Origin: Nemertoderma westbladi
Taxonomy: Eukaryota; Animalia; Xenacoelomorpha
Assembly: GCA_032718475.1 (NCBI GenBank)
Contig: JAUCBJ010008016.1
Span: 1 to 64,000 of the forward strand
DNA: 64,000 nt
Reading direction: 5' to 3'
In this document: positions 1 through 10,600 of the stretch, piece after piece
How positions within the stretch are numbered: the stretch's first letter is position 1
How the letters are laid out: each line of letters opens with the position of its first letter
Translations under genes and position numbers: made by a program
The notes under the pieces: generated by a model
What the model was told of the DNA's origin: nothing
Seen by the model: the letters and a program-made list of their open reading frames with translations, nothing else
The model's database searches: none

Positions 1-600
1 ATTGCGATTTGAAAAATAGTAGAAGTTACCTGATGCTAAGTGTAGACACCCGAACACCTGTAAAATAAAGGTTGGTGATTGGATGCAGTACTAGCGTCGG
101 GGGACTAATAACGCCTCTAGCGGAATAAGCGGGAACTTGAGAAGTTACCATGGTTACGGATGAAATGCTGTCATCTGATTGGTTGAAGTAATAACGACCA
201 CCGCAAAAGGATGAAATGGAGGCTTCTGATTGGCTGCAGTACCAGAAATGGATGGTAATGATGGGCTACGGGTGACCATGTGCCCGTGTCATAGCATTGT
301 ATACTACTTAAGTACGGACATTTCATCTTACTGTAGTCACGTATTTATAATATGATACGGACAGTAAGGAAAGAGAAAAAGAATTATTTCTTGCCGTCGC
401 ATTAAATATAATATATACGTAATTAAGTAATAAACGCGAATATATATTGCACTAATCTACTAAATAATCGCTAAAATAACATTCTACTGAATAAAATTAA
501 AGAAAACGATTATAATAAAATTACATAGTAATACATACAGAAATATAAAAATAATAAAATAATATAAAATAATGGAGTCACACACCCACTCCATATGTTG

Positions 601-3600
601 TTACGTTATGGAGTCCCTAGATGTTTGAAGGATTAGGGAGGTGGTCGTGGGAAGAGAATCTTGCCTTCCACAGTTTCCGGAGAGTCCTCCATTCCCTTCC
701 GGTAAACACAAACGACCGACTGGGTGATTGAGTCGCTGCATCCCGAATACAATTCCAGGTTTCCTCTTCGTCCTGGAATAGTGACGATAGAAACATCGCT
801 CAAAGTATATGACGGCGTTACAAAGCCGATTCCAGGAGCTATAGTGGTCCGTCGCTCCCTGCAGGAGAGGTGAGAGTCCCTGCGAGACGTCTGATGTTCC
901 AGAGCTCCAATCGCTCTCTCTGATCTTCATGAAGGATCCACTCGCGGTGGGGAGGTCCAGATCCACGGCGTCGTCCCTGGCAATATGTAATACCGACAGA
1001 TCTATCCCGGGTTCAAATAACTCCGATCCACCCGTCCGGGTTTTAGGTTTGACTTTCTCCGCTCCCTTGGCTGGTCTAATCTCAGTCGGAGTAAGATGGG
1101 GAGGCCATTCATCCTCCTTACTCAGGAAGTCGGGTTCACCTAACCGGTCTGTAGTATCTGTCAGTTCTTGAGGAGTTGCTCCTCTGGAAGCGATGTCAGT
1201 TGGATTAAACTTCTTGGGGCAATATCTCCATTGATCTACATTGGAGCTAATATCGTCATTATCTGAGGAGTATGGTGTTCCCTCAGTTGGGTCGTCTCCC
1301 TCACTAGTATCATCTTCCCATTCACACACCTGGCAGACGCGATCTTGAAGCAGTCTTTCTCTGAGCGTTCTTCGGGAAGGCCCAGTAAGGTACCAACCTA
1401 CTCTAGTTCTTACCACATAGGTCTGAAGTGGTTGCGGTTGAGCAGGTCGTTTCTCCAATGTCTCCAGCGCCTCATGCGCGTTTTGACCGATTAATATTTG
1501 TACTCCAGGATAATCAGTGTCGAATCTAGGGATGTTAAGTTGTTGGGCATGATCATCTTCGTCCCAATTATAAGGTTCCACTTGGGTGGTAGTGAAGTTC
1601 TTTATTGCCACCATTTTGACTGACCTTATACTGTATTCTCCTAGTTTATCCTGTGGAGTGGACAACTCACCTATATAATAGTCGGCAGCTACAGTAGAAT
1701 TCCAAACCTGCATGATCCCTGACATGTTTAGCTTGGTTCGGAACTTGGGTTGTCCAGCAAAGATGACTTCGGCTAGTTCTTTATCGATGAATGTTCCTGT
1801 GCTACCGGAGTCCAGGAGGGCGTTCACTATATAGCTCTTCTGAGGTCCGTGGACCCGTAACTGGACTACAGGAAATTCTCGGATTCCTATATTGGAAGTT
1901 GGCGCTTTCCAAGATGGTTGTTGATCAGAAGTAGTTAGGGTTAGGTCGCTGTCTGTGTCTTTCTCATGCATGAGTGCTCGATACACTGCGGTGGTGTTTA
2001 TTAGGTAACAGGATTCGTTTTGGTCGGAGAATTCGTCCGTATAGAATCCTTCCATTTCAGAACTTTGGTCGGAGAATTCGTCCGTATAGAATCCTTCCAT
2101 CTCAGAACTTTGGTCAGTGTCGTTCACATCACTGAATTGGACATGTAGTTCGGACTCACTTACCTGACTCGAGCTGTTTCGTTCGAATTCAGTGTGCAAC
2201 AAGATATGATGTTTTGCGCCGCACTTTGCACACCTTGCGTCGGAGTAACAGGTTCGCCGTTGGTGTCCTCGTCTGAGGCAATTATAACACAACCGCTTAT
2301 CCCACATGACTTCACGTCTATCCTCGAGTGATTTCCTCAGGAATTCATCACACACATTCAAACGGTGGGGCCCGTCGCACAGCACACATTTCGGCTTGAT
2401 GTTACTTACTTTAACCTGTGCTATGTGGTGCACACTTGTTCTTTCCTCGGGCTTTCTCACCTGAATTCTTTTAGGAGACGTAGGAGGGGTTTTTTGTACC
2501 GGTTCCCTTCTGTCATTGGGTCGAGACTTGGATTTACTTACCTGATCTTTAGGCATTTTATTGACATAATAAGATCTGTCAGTGTCTTTCCCGCTGTCCT
2601 CTCCTTGAGAAGTTTGGCTTTCACCGTCGTCGGTATAACATACTGGTGTTACCCTTCTCCTAGAAACGGGTTTCTCACTTACCTTACTTTCCGCTGTCTT
2701 CTCTCTGGACTGCTTTATGAGCTGTAATTTCACCTCGCTATCCAAGAATGACATGAGATCAGCCATGGTAGGGTCTCGTTGTTGTTGTTCCATCATATAT
2801 AACACCTTCTTGTCCCAGCGTGTACCTACTCCACCCTTGGGCAAAGTAGTTGCTAAGGCTCCTACAACCATAGAATTCTGGTATTCATGAGACTTACCTA
2901 ACCAATCTAGTTGTCTACAGATCTCCTGAATCTCATCGGAAAACTCTATAATCCCGCTGCTAAGAAACTTTCGGGGCGCCATTAATTTCGCATATAAATA
3001 CCTAGCTATGTTAGTCCTATTACCATACCTGATGTTTAGTGTATCCCAAACTTGTCTTAATCCATCTGGATGTCCAATAAATTTTAACGCCATTGACTTG
3101 GGAGGTCCTTCCAAACATTCGATGAGGAATCTAAGTTTCTCTCCGTTAGATAGTACAGAGTTCTGTATGTTATCTTTGTAATATTCATTAAAAGGTAACC
3201 ATTTCATCTCATCTCCATTGAACTTGACGATCTCTCCAACCTTTACCGCTTGTCGGGCTTCGGTTCTAGCCATTTGACGCGTAAAACTTTCTTGAGCCAT
3301 CGTATTATTGAATATAGAATTATCGGTATATAAATTTCTCGGATTATGATCAGGTCTATATGGAATATTATTATCAACAGGTTTATAATCACCCTGAATA
3401 GGGTTTACTATAGGAGTTTCTACTTCACTAGCAGTATAGATGCGTGTAGGCTCCACACCTTGCGCATGAGATACTTCAGACCTAACGGGTTGACACATTG
3501 TTACAGGGGGTGGTGGTATACCCTTTTGTAAATTGACTAATTTATCGCGTTCTAACGCGATACTTTGCTGCACCTTTTGCAACTCTAACCTACTTTCCCT

Positions 3601-4155
3601 TACTGTTCCCTTGAGCTGCTGAACAGTCTCTTCCATTTCCCGGACCTGCTGAGAGGAGCACAAACAGTGTTCCCTCAGCTGCTCGAGCAGGAGACCCATC
3701 TCCCGTCGTCCCTCAGCTACCCACTCAACCGCCGAAGCGGGAGTCGCCAACGTAGTAGCGGGCGAGCGAGAGACGACGGGCGATAAATTCTTGATATCTC
3801 GCTCGGCGTCCAGGACGGGTTCGGACTCGGGAACAGTCCTACTGGGCACAGGTAGTTTAGTACTGTACAAAGGGAATTTATAGGCAGGTTCTGGGAGTAC
3901 AGGTGTCTCTATCTTTCTTTCCGCTTCTACTGTTGCCATTGCCTCTGCCGCCTTTCTTTCCGCTTCTGCTGTTGCCATTGTCTCTGCCGCCTTTCTTTCC
4001 GCTTCTGCTGTTGCCATTGCCTCTGCCGCCTTTCTTTTCGCTTCTGCTGTTGCCATTGCCTCTGCCATCTTCCTTTCAAGACCCTGTCCAAGTCTAAGAC
4101 TCATTCTAACACCTTCCAAAAGACTATCTGACAGTGCCTGTTTTGTGTCAGACAT
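601..4155 (-). CDS. BEL/Pao Gag + aspartic protease polyprotein with RT/RNase H/integrase deleted (1184 aa)
   Basis: BEL Gag core (KFNGDEMKWLPF...EKLRFLIECLEGP...LNIRYGN), triple Cys/His knuckles (CVLCDGPH..C, CYNCLRRGH..C, CAKCGAKHH..LH), protease ALLDSGST. No YVDD or DDE motifs; only remnants of downstream pol (WRYCP..NPTDIASRG, HPVGRLCLPEG). Confidence 0.88.
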   Translation of the reverse strand: MSDTKQALSDSLLEGVRMSLRLGQGLERKMAEAMATAEAKRKAAEAMATAEAERKAAETMATAEAERKAAEAMATVEAERKIETPVLPEPAYKFPLYSTKLPVPSRTVPESEPVLDAERDIKNLSPVVSRSPATTLATPASAVEWVAEGRREMGLLLEQLREHCLCSSQQVREMEETVQQLKGTVRESRLELQKVQQSIALERDKLVNLQKGIPPPPVTMCQPVRSEVSHAQGVEPTRIYTASEVETPIVNPIQGDYKPVDNNIPYRPDHNPRNLYTDNSIFNNTMAQESFTRQMARTEARQAVKVGEIVKFNGDEMKWLPFNEYYKDNIQNSVLSNGEKLRFLIECLEGPPKSMALKFIGHPDGLRQVWDTLNIRYGNRTNIARYLYAKLMAPRKFLSSGIIEFSDEIQEICRQLDWLGKSHEYQNSMVVGALATTLPKGGVGTRWDKKVLYMMEQQQRDPTMADLMSFLDSEVKLQLIKQSREKTAESKVSEKPVSRRRVTPVCYTDDGESQTSQGEDSGKDTDRSYYVNKMPKDQVSKSKSRPNDRREPVQKTPPTSPKRIQVRKPEERTSVHHIAQVKVSNIKPKCVLCDGPHRLNVCDEFLRKSLEDRREVMWDKRLCYNCLRRGHQRRTCYSDARCAKCGAKHHILLHTEFERNSSSQVSESELHVQFSDVNDTDQSSEMEGFYTDEFSDQSSEMEGFYTDEFSDQNESCYLINTTAVYRALMHEKDTDSDLTLTTSDQQPSWKAPTSNIGIREFPVVQLRVHGPQKSYIVNALLDSGSTGTFIDKELAEVIFAGQPKFRTKLNMSGIMQVWNSTVAADYYIGELSTPQDKLGEYSIRSVKMVAIKNFTTTQVEPYNWDEDDHAQQLNIPRFDTDYPGVQILIGQNAHEALETLEKRPAQPQPLQTYVVRTRVGWYLTGPSRRTLRERLLQDRVCQVCEWEDDTSEGDDPTEGTPYSSDNDDISSNVDQWRYCPKKFNPTDIASRGATPQELTDTTDRLGEPDFLSKEDEWPPHLTPTEIRPAKGAEKVKPKTRTGGSELFEPGIDLSVLHIARDDAVDLDLPTASGSFMKIRESDWSSGTSDVSQGLSPLLQGATDHYSSWNRLCNAVIYFERCFYRHYSRTKRKPGIVFGMQRLNHPVGRLCLPEGNGGLSGNCGRQDSLPTTTSLILQTSRDSIT
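3915..4068 (-). repeat. 39-bp coding tandem repeat (AEAMATAEAERKA, about 4 copies) at the Gag N-terminus
   Basis: Visible in DNA (ttccgcttctgctgttgccattg) and in the translation; coiled-coil-like. Confidence 0.85.
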
Positions 4156-5499
4156 TTTTGTTTGTACAGTTGAATGCCTACTGCTATATTACAGTCTAAG
4201 CAAGTCTAGTAATTCAGTATTAACTGCTAGCCTAGTAATTAATTACCGATACTGCTACTCAGTGTAGCGTGATATATATATAATATATTAGAATACCGGT
4301 ATGCTTATGGTATATAGAAGTATTATTACAGACTAGGTTTTTCACAAAATACCGGTATATAATTTTAGCACAAAAATATATATAAATATATAATAGGCCT
4401 ATTGTGGATACCGGTATGCAGTTTACACTTATAGTATATATAAGTATAATTATTAACTAAAATTAATTACAGAATACCGGTATGATTTCAACCTAAAATT
4501 TATAGAAATAAATATAATAAGCCTATTGTAAATACTGGTATGTCAATTATTTTAGAATAATTGAATTTCTGAATTTTAAGGGTTACTTGGTTACTTTAAC
4601 TTACTTTATTACCGTTATTTAAGCAGTAGTCCAACTGATATTGAGACCTAATTGTTGTATGGCAGGCCTACTATTTATAAATCGTTTGAGTTGATTTATA
4701 ATATATATATACCCGTTGAAATGGGTTTTTTGTCAATATTTGAAATAAATGTTATTATTTCTGGGGAGTAATCACTACACAAAGCGGTGCGCTTTCAGTG
4801 AAGTGCTACTTATAGGACACTAAAACAAATAATTCTACTTTCTAAGTTACTTATCTACAAATTACTTACGATTCGGGTTGAGATTACAATCTCTAAATAA
4901 ACACAAAAATTTACAAAAAACACAAAATACGAATTTTTAGGGTAATTTTACAAGAAGTCTACAAACCAGCCTAACAAAGGGTTAGAATCTGGTTATTACA
5001 ACGGACAGGTTACTACGGTATTTGAAAATAATAAGTAGTAGTAAATATATTGCGCTGTCCAGATAGGAAAATACCACCGTCTGACGACCTATAGCCGTAT
5101 CGCTATAGGTACTACGTTATGTATCACGGAGTGTCCCTACCTAGAGATTAATTACCGCGGTCTACCAGAACCAACGTGCCTATTAACCACTTTACAACAC
5201 AGATATACTGCCTACACACTAATTACTTTCGGAAAGCACTGTACACTAAACCCTAAATTAGGTACGAGTACTTGTACAACATATAATCAGTAGTTAAATA
5301 TACTTGAACAGCTAAAAGAACCACGGCATCTGCTGGAGTGACCGGTGCACAAAATCACCAATCTTTACCTACGCCAAGCAGCCCGTGTAGTACCGGGGTT
5401 AATTTAACTATAGCGGTATGTATAACAAACACAATTATTGTAGGAACAAACTTGGGGAATGAATGTTGCGAATAATCGCATAAACTCTGAATAATAAAT

Positions 5500-6060
5500 A
5501 TTACGCAACGCGTACAAACTACTCAAACAAAATGCAGACTAAATGCTGACAGACTACTATCAAGCCTAAACAAACTACGGTATATGCAGACTCCGAAATG
5601 GTTAAGTAGTATGCGTTCTAACCCAGTAGTACGACTTATTCTTTAGATGGGGGTTTACCTTAAGCTATGGCTGCCCCTACTTCCTAACCGTTCTTTATCG
5701 GACATACACTCTACACACACCGAAATTTCTTCAAACCCAACAACAGCCAGACAACTATCCAGCCTACAAATTATCTAAATAAAATTATACGCTACCCGTA
5801 CAGACTACACAAACAAAGTACAGACCAAACGCTGGCGGACTCCTATCAGGCCTAAATAAACCACAGGACATGCAGACTCCGAAATGGTTAGGTAGTATGC
5901 GTTCTAACCCAGTAGTACGACTTATTCTTTAGATGGGGGTTTACCTTACAGCTATGGCTGCCCCTACTTCCTAACCGTTCTTTATCGGACAGATGATCTA
6001 CACACACTGCAATCCGTTCAGACTTAACAACAATCAGACAACAGCCCAGCCTACAAATTG
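5500..6060 (-). repeat. Tandem duplication (~290 bp x2) in the leader of element A, with a conserved ~110-nt core
   Basis: Cores at 5592-5702 and 5878-5989 are nearly identical; equivalent pair in element B at 56415-56527 and 56702-56814. Confidence 0.85.
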
Positions 6061-6410
6061 TCTGTACAATCTGATCAGGCTTACACGCCTTCTGTTCAAT
6101 ACTGGCCTACAAATAAATAGAACTGACAGAAATAGGCCTAAGTAAAATCCCAATAAAAACCAGGCGTCCCCGATTAATTATTAAGACCTACTGGTATATA
6201 ATAATCAAAATCGAATAATACTGCTGTACCTGTACTGCTGTAGGTACCGGTCCGGGTGGTTAGGTAGTCAGGCCTACTGGGTACCGGTTGCCGGTACTTC
6301 AGCTTTATTGCCTACTGCAATACAGAAGCTATATCCGTTATTGTTCTTACCAGAACAATATTAAACTGTATTTAATGCCTACACTGCAATACAGACTAAA
6401 TATCCGTTAT

Positions 6411-7658
6411 TGTTAGCGCTTTCAGACCTTTGGCAGTTTAACCCGCCAAATTAGGATGTCTTCTAGATAATAAATCGCTTTTAGCCTCTGACAAGTATTT
6501 GATTCACTACACTAGTTGAAACCAATCTGTGCGCGATCATTCACCCGCTGGATATACCCGGGAGATTGACTTCGACAGCTTAATCTTATTGCTATGTAAG
6601 CCTAATGTATTATTCGACTGACAGTATTATATAATCTCTGACAATATTATTCACCTTCGGGGAATATTAACAGTTCCTTTAGGACGTGGCGCTCTATCTA
6701 TATAAACAGAGTTATGACTTAAACTACTCACAACGATATGGCTTAGTTACAATTCACATATATGGCGCATTCTTTAGGAAATGCTTCGTTATCAGTCTCA
6801 CTCATACACAACGCTGCACAATACTGCACACTAATCTGCCGATCTTCACTGATTTTAGTCACATATAAAAGGAACACAGACCGACTCATGTAGGGTCTAT
6901 CAAATAACATTAGATTCACTTCAAACCACTTTAACATAAGTCACAATCGTTATATGTAACCTGTCTCTCTTACCTTCGGTATATCAAGAATATTGGGGTT
7001 TCGGGGTCATTTCTCGTTATTCTAATATAATATTTCATCACCATATAATGAATAATCGACAGTAAATAGCAGTATAACGTTATAAAAGTATGCACGAAAA
7101 GACCAGCCAAGCATTGAGTAAGTTGTTAACCATTGAGTTACCCAGTTGAGTTAGGTTAGTAGGTAAGTATTGAGTTGCACAGTGATAACGGATATATGTC
7201 CTTATAATTAAGCCTACTAGTGTTAGGCTAAAAGCAGAACAGCACAAAATATTCCAAAGCCGTTCTTCCTGGCTCAAGACAGAATGATAACACTGCCCAT
7301 AATGCATTACGTGATTTCTCGGAAATTTCTGTACAAGAGCCGTAAAAACGCTCTGATTGGTTGACTGAACTAAGAGAAGCCGTAGAACAAAGAAAATCGA
7401 CACGTATGAATATCAGCTGTTAGCCGTCGTCATAGTAACTACTGTTCAAGAGTATCTAGCCCCTTTTGCGCCACGGAATTGCCATAGAATCATCAACTAT
7501 GCCTTCCACAGTACACATACGGAAGAAATAGCTCTTAGATCCTCTAAAAACACCGATACAGCAATAATACGGCCTCTTACGCCTATTAAACCAACTACAG
7601 AGTATTTTACGGGAAAAATAAGGAAAAATAACCGGGCAATTCAGCAAAAGCTTTTACA
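6411..7658 (-). repeat. 5' LTR of element A (1248 bp)
   Basis: Plus strand starts tgttagcgct and ends caaaagcttttaca, like the LTRs at 47533 and 57184. The left ~670 bp aligns to those LTRs (e.g. cagttcctttaggacgtggcgctctatcta). Confidence 0.88.
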
Positions 7659-10600
7659 GTAGGCGGTGTCCCATCGTGTCTACTCTACTCTACCACGATA
7701 TACTTACTGTATCGGTAGGCGGTGTCCCGTCGTGTCTACTCTACCACGATATACTTACTGTATCGGTAGGCGGTGTCTCGTCGTGTCTACTCTACTCTAC
7801 CACGACATACTGACTGTATCGGTAGGCGGTGTCCCGTCGTGTCTACTCTACTCTACCACGATATACTTACTGTATCGGTAGGCGGTGTCCCGTCGTGTCT
7901 ACTCTACTCTACCACGATATACTTACTGTATCGGTAGGCAGTGTCCCGTCGTGTCTACTCTACTCTACCACGATATACTTACTGTATCGGTAGGCGGTGT
8001 CTCGTCGTGTCTACTCTACTCTACCACGATATACTTACTGTATCGGTAGGCGGTGTCTCGTCGTGTCTACTCTACTCTACCACGATATACTTACTGTATC
8101 GGTAGGCGGTGTCCCGTCGTGTCTACTCTACTCTACCACGATATACTTACTGTATCGGTAGGCGGTGTCCCGTCGTCTCTACTCTACCACGATATACTTA
8201 CTGTATCGGTAGGCGGTGTCTCGTTGTGTCTACTCTACTCTACCACGATATACTTACTGTATCGGTAGGCGGTGTCCCGTCGTGTCTACTCTACCACGAT
8301 ATACTTACTGTATCGGTAGGCGGTGTCCCGTCGTGTCTACTCTACTCTACCACGATATACTTACTGTATCGGTAGGCGGTGTCTCGTCGTGTCTACTCTA
8401 CTCTACCACGATATACTTACTGTACCGGTAGGCGGTGTCTCGTCGTGTCTACTCTACCACGATATACTTTCTGTATCGGTAGGCGGTGTCTCGTCGTGTC
8501 TACTCTACTCTACCACGATATACTTACTGTATCGGTAGGCGGTGTCTCGTCGTATCTACTCTACTCTACCACGATATACTAACTGTATCGGTAGGCGGTG
8601 TCTCGTCGTGTCTACTCTACTCTACCACGATATACTTACTGTATCGGTAGGCGGTGTCCCGTCGTGTCTACTCTACTCTACCACGATATACTTACTGTAT
8701 CGGTAGGCGGTGTCCCGTTGTGTCTACTCTACCACGATATACTTACTGTATCGGTAGGCGGTGTCTCGTCGTGTCTACTCTACTCTACCACGATATACTA
8801 ACTGTATCGGTAGGCGGTGTCTCGTCGTGTCTACTCTACTCTACCACGATATACTTACTGTATCGGTAGGCGGTGTCCCGTCGTGTCTACTCTACTCTAC
8901 CACGATATACTTACTGTATCGGTAGGCGGTGTCCCGTTGTGTCTACTCTACCACGATATACTTACTGTATCGGTAGGCGGTGTCTCGTCGTGTCTACTCT
9001 ACTCTACCACGATATACTTACTGTATCGGTAGGCGGTGTCCCGTCGTGTCTACTCTACTCTACCACGATATACTTACTGTATCGGTAGGCGGTGTCTCGT
9101 CGTGTCTACTCTACTCTACCACGATATACTTACTGTATCGGTAGGCGGTGTCCCGTTGTGTCTACTCTACTCTACCACGATATACTTACTGTATCGGTAG
9201 GCGGTTTCTCGTCGTGTCTACTCTACTCTACCACGATATACTTACTGTATCGGTAGGCGGTGTCTCGTCGTGTATACTCTACTGTACCACGATATACTTA
9301 CTGTACCGGTAGGCGGTGTCTCGTCGTGTCTACTCTACCACGATATACTTACTGTATCGGTGGGCGGTGTCCCGTCGTGTCTACTCTACTCTACCACGAT
9401 ATACTTACTGTATCGGTAGGCGGTGTCTCGTCGTGTCTACTCTACCACGATATACTTACTGTATTGGTGGGCGGTGTCCAGTCGTGTCTACTCTACTCTA
9501 CCACGATATACTTACTGTACCGGTAGGCGGTGTCTTGTCGTGTCTACTCTACCACGATATACTTACTGTATCGGTGGGCGGTGTCCCGTCGTGTCTACTC
9601 TACTCTACCACGATATACTTACTGTATCGGTAGGCGGTGTCTCGTCGTGTCTACTCTACTGTACCACGATATACTTACTGTACCGGTAGGCGGTGTCTTG
9701 TCGTGTCTACTCTACCACGATATACTTACTGTATCGGTAGGCGGTGTCTCGTCGTGTCTACTCTACTCTACCACGATATACTTACTGTATCGGTAGGCGG
9801 TGTCTCGTCGTGTCTACTCTACTGTACCACGATATACTCACTGTACCGGTAGGCGGTGTCTCGTCGTGTCTACTCTACCACGATATACTTACTGTATCGG
9901 TGGGCGGTGTCCCGTCGTGTCTACTCTACTCTACCACGATATACTTACTGTATCGGTGGGCGGTGTCTCGTCGTGTCTACTCTACTCTACCTCGATATAC
10001 TTACTGTATCGGTAGGCAGTGTCCCGTCGTCTCTACTCTACTCTACCACGATATACTTACTGTATCGGTAGGCGGTGTCTCGTCGTGTCTACTCTACTCT
10101 ACCACAATATACTTACTGTATCGGTAGGCGGTGTCCCGTCGTGTCTACTCTACCACGATATACTTACTGTATCGGTAGGCGGTGTCTCGTCGTGTCTACT
10201 CTACTCTACCACGATATACTTACTGTATCGGTAGTCGGTGTCCCGTCGTGTCTACTTGACTCTACCACGATATACTTACTGTATCGGTAGGCGGTGTCCC
10301 GTCGTGTCTACTCTACTCTACCACGATATACTTACTGTATCGGTAGGCGGTGTCTCGTCGTGTCTACTCTACTCTACCACGATATACTTACTGTATCGGT
10401 GGGCGGTGTCTCGTCGTGTCTACTCTACTCTACCTCGATATACTTACTGTATCGGTAGGCAGTGTCCCGTCGTCTCTACTCTACTCTACCACGATATACT
10501 TACTGTATCGGTAGGCGGTGTCTCGTCATGTCTACTCTACTCTACCACGATATACTTACTGTACCGGTAGGCGGTGTCCCGTCGTGTCTACTCTACTCTA

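Larger units (their letters stand above)
1..7658 (-). mobile_element. Non-autonomous BEL/Pao-type LTR retrotransposon, copy A (3' part outside window)
   Basis: 5' LTR at 6411-7658 (TG...CA), long AT-rich leader, Gag-protease ORF 601-4155. Colinear with and homologous to the complete element at 47533-58364. Abuts the 56-bp array at 7659. Confidence 0.9.
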
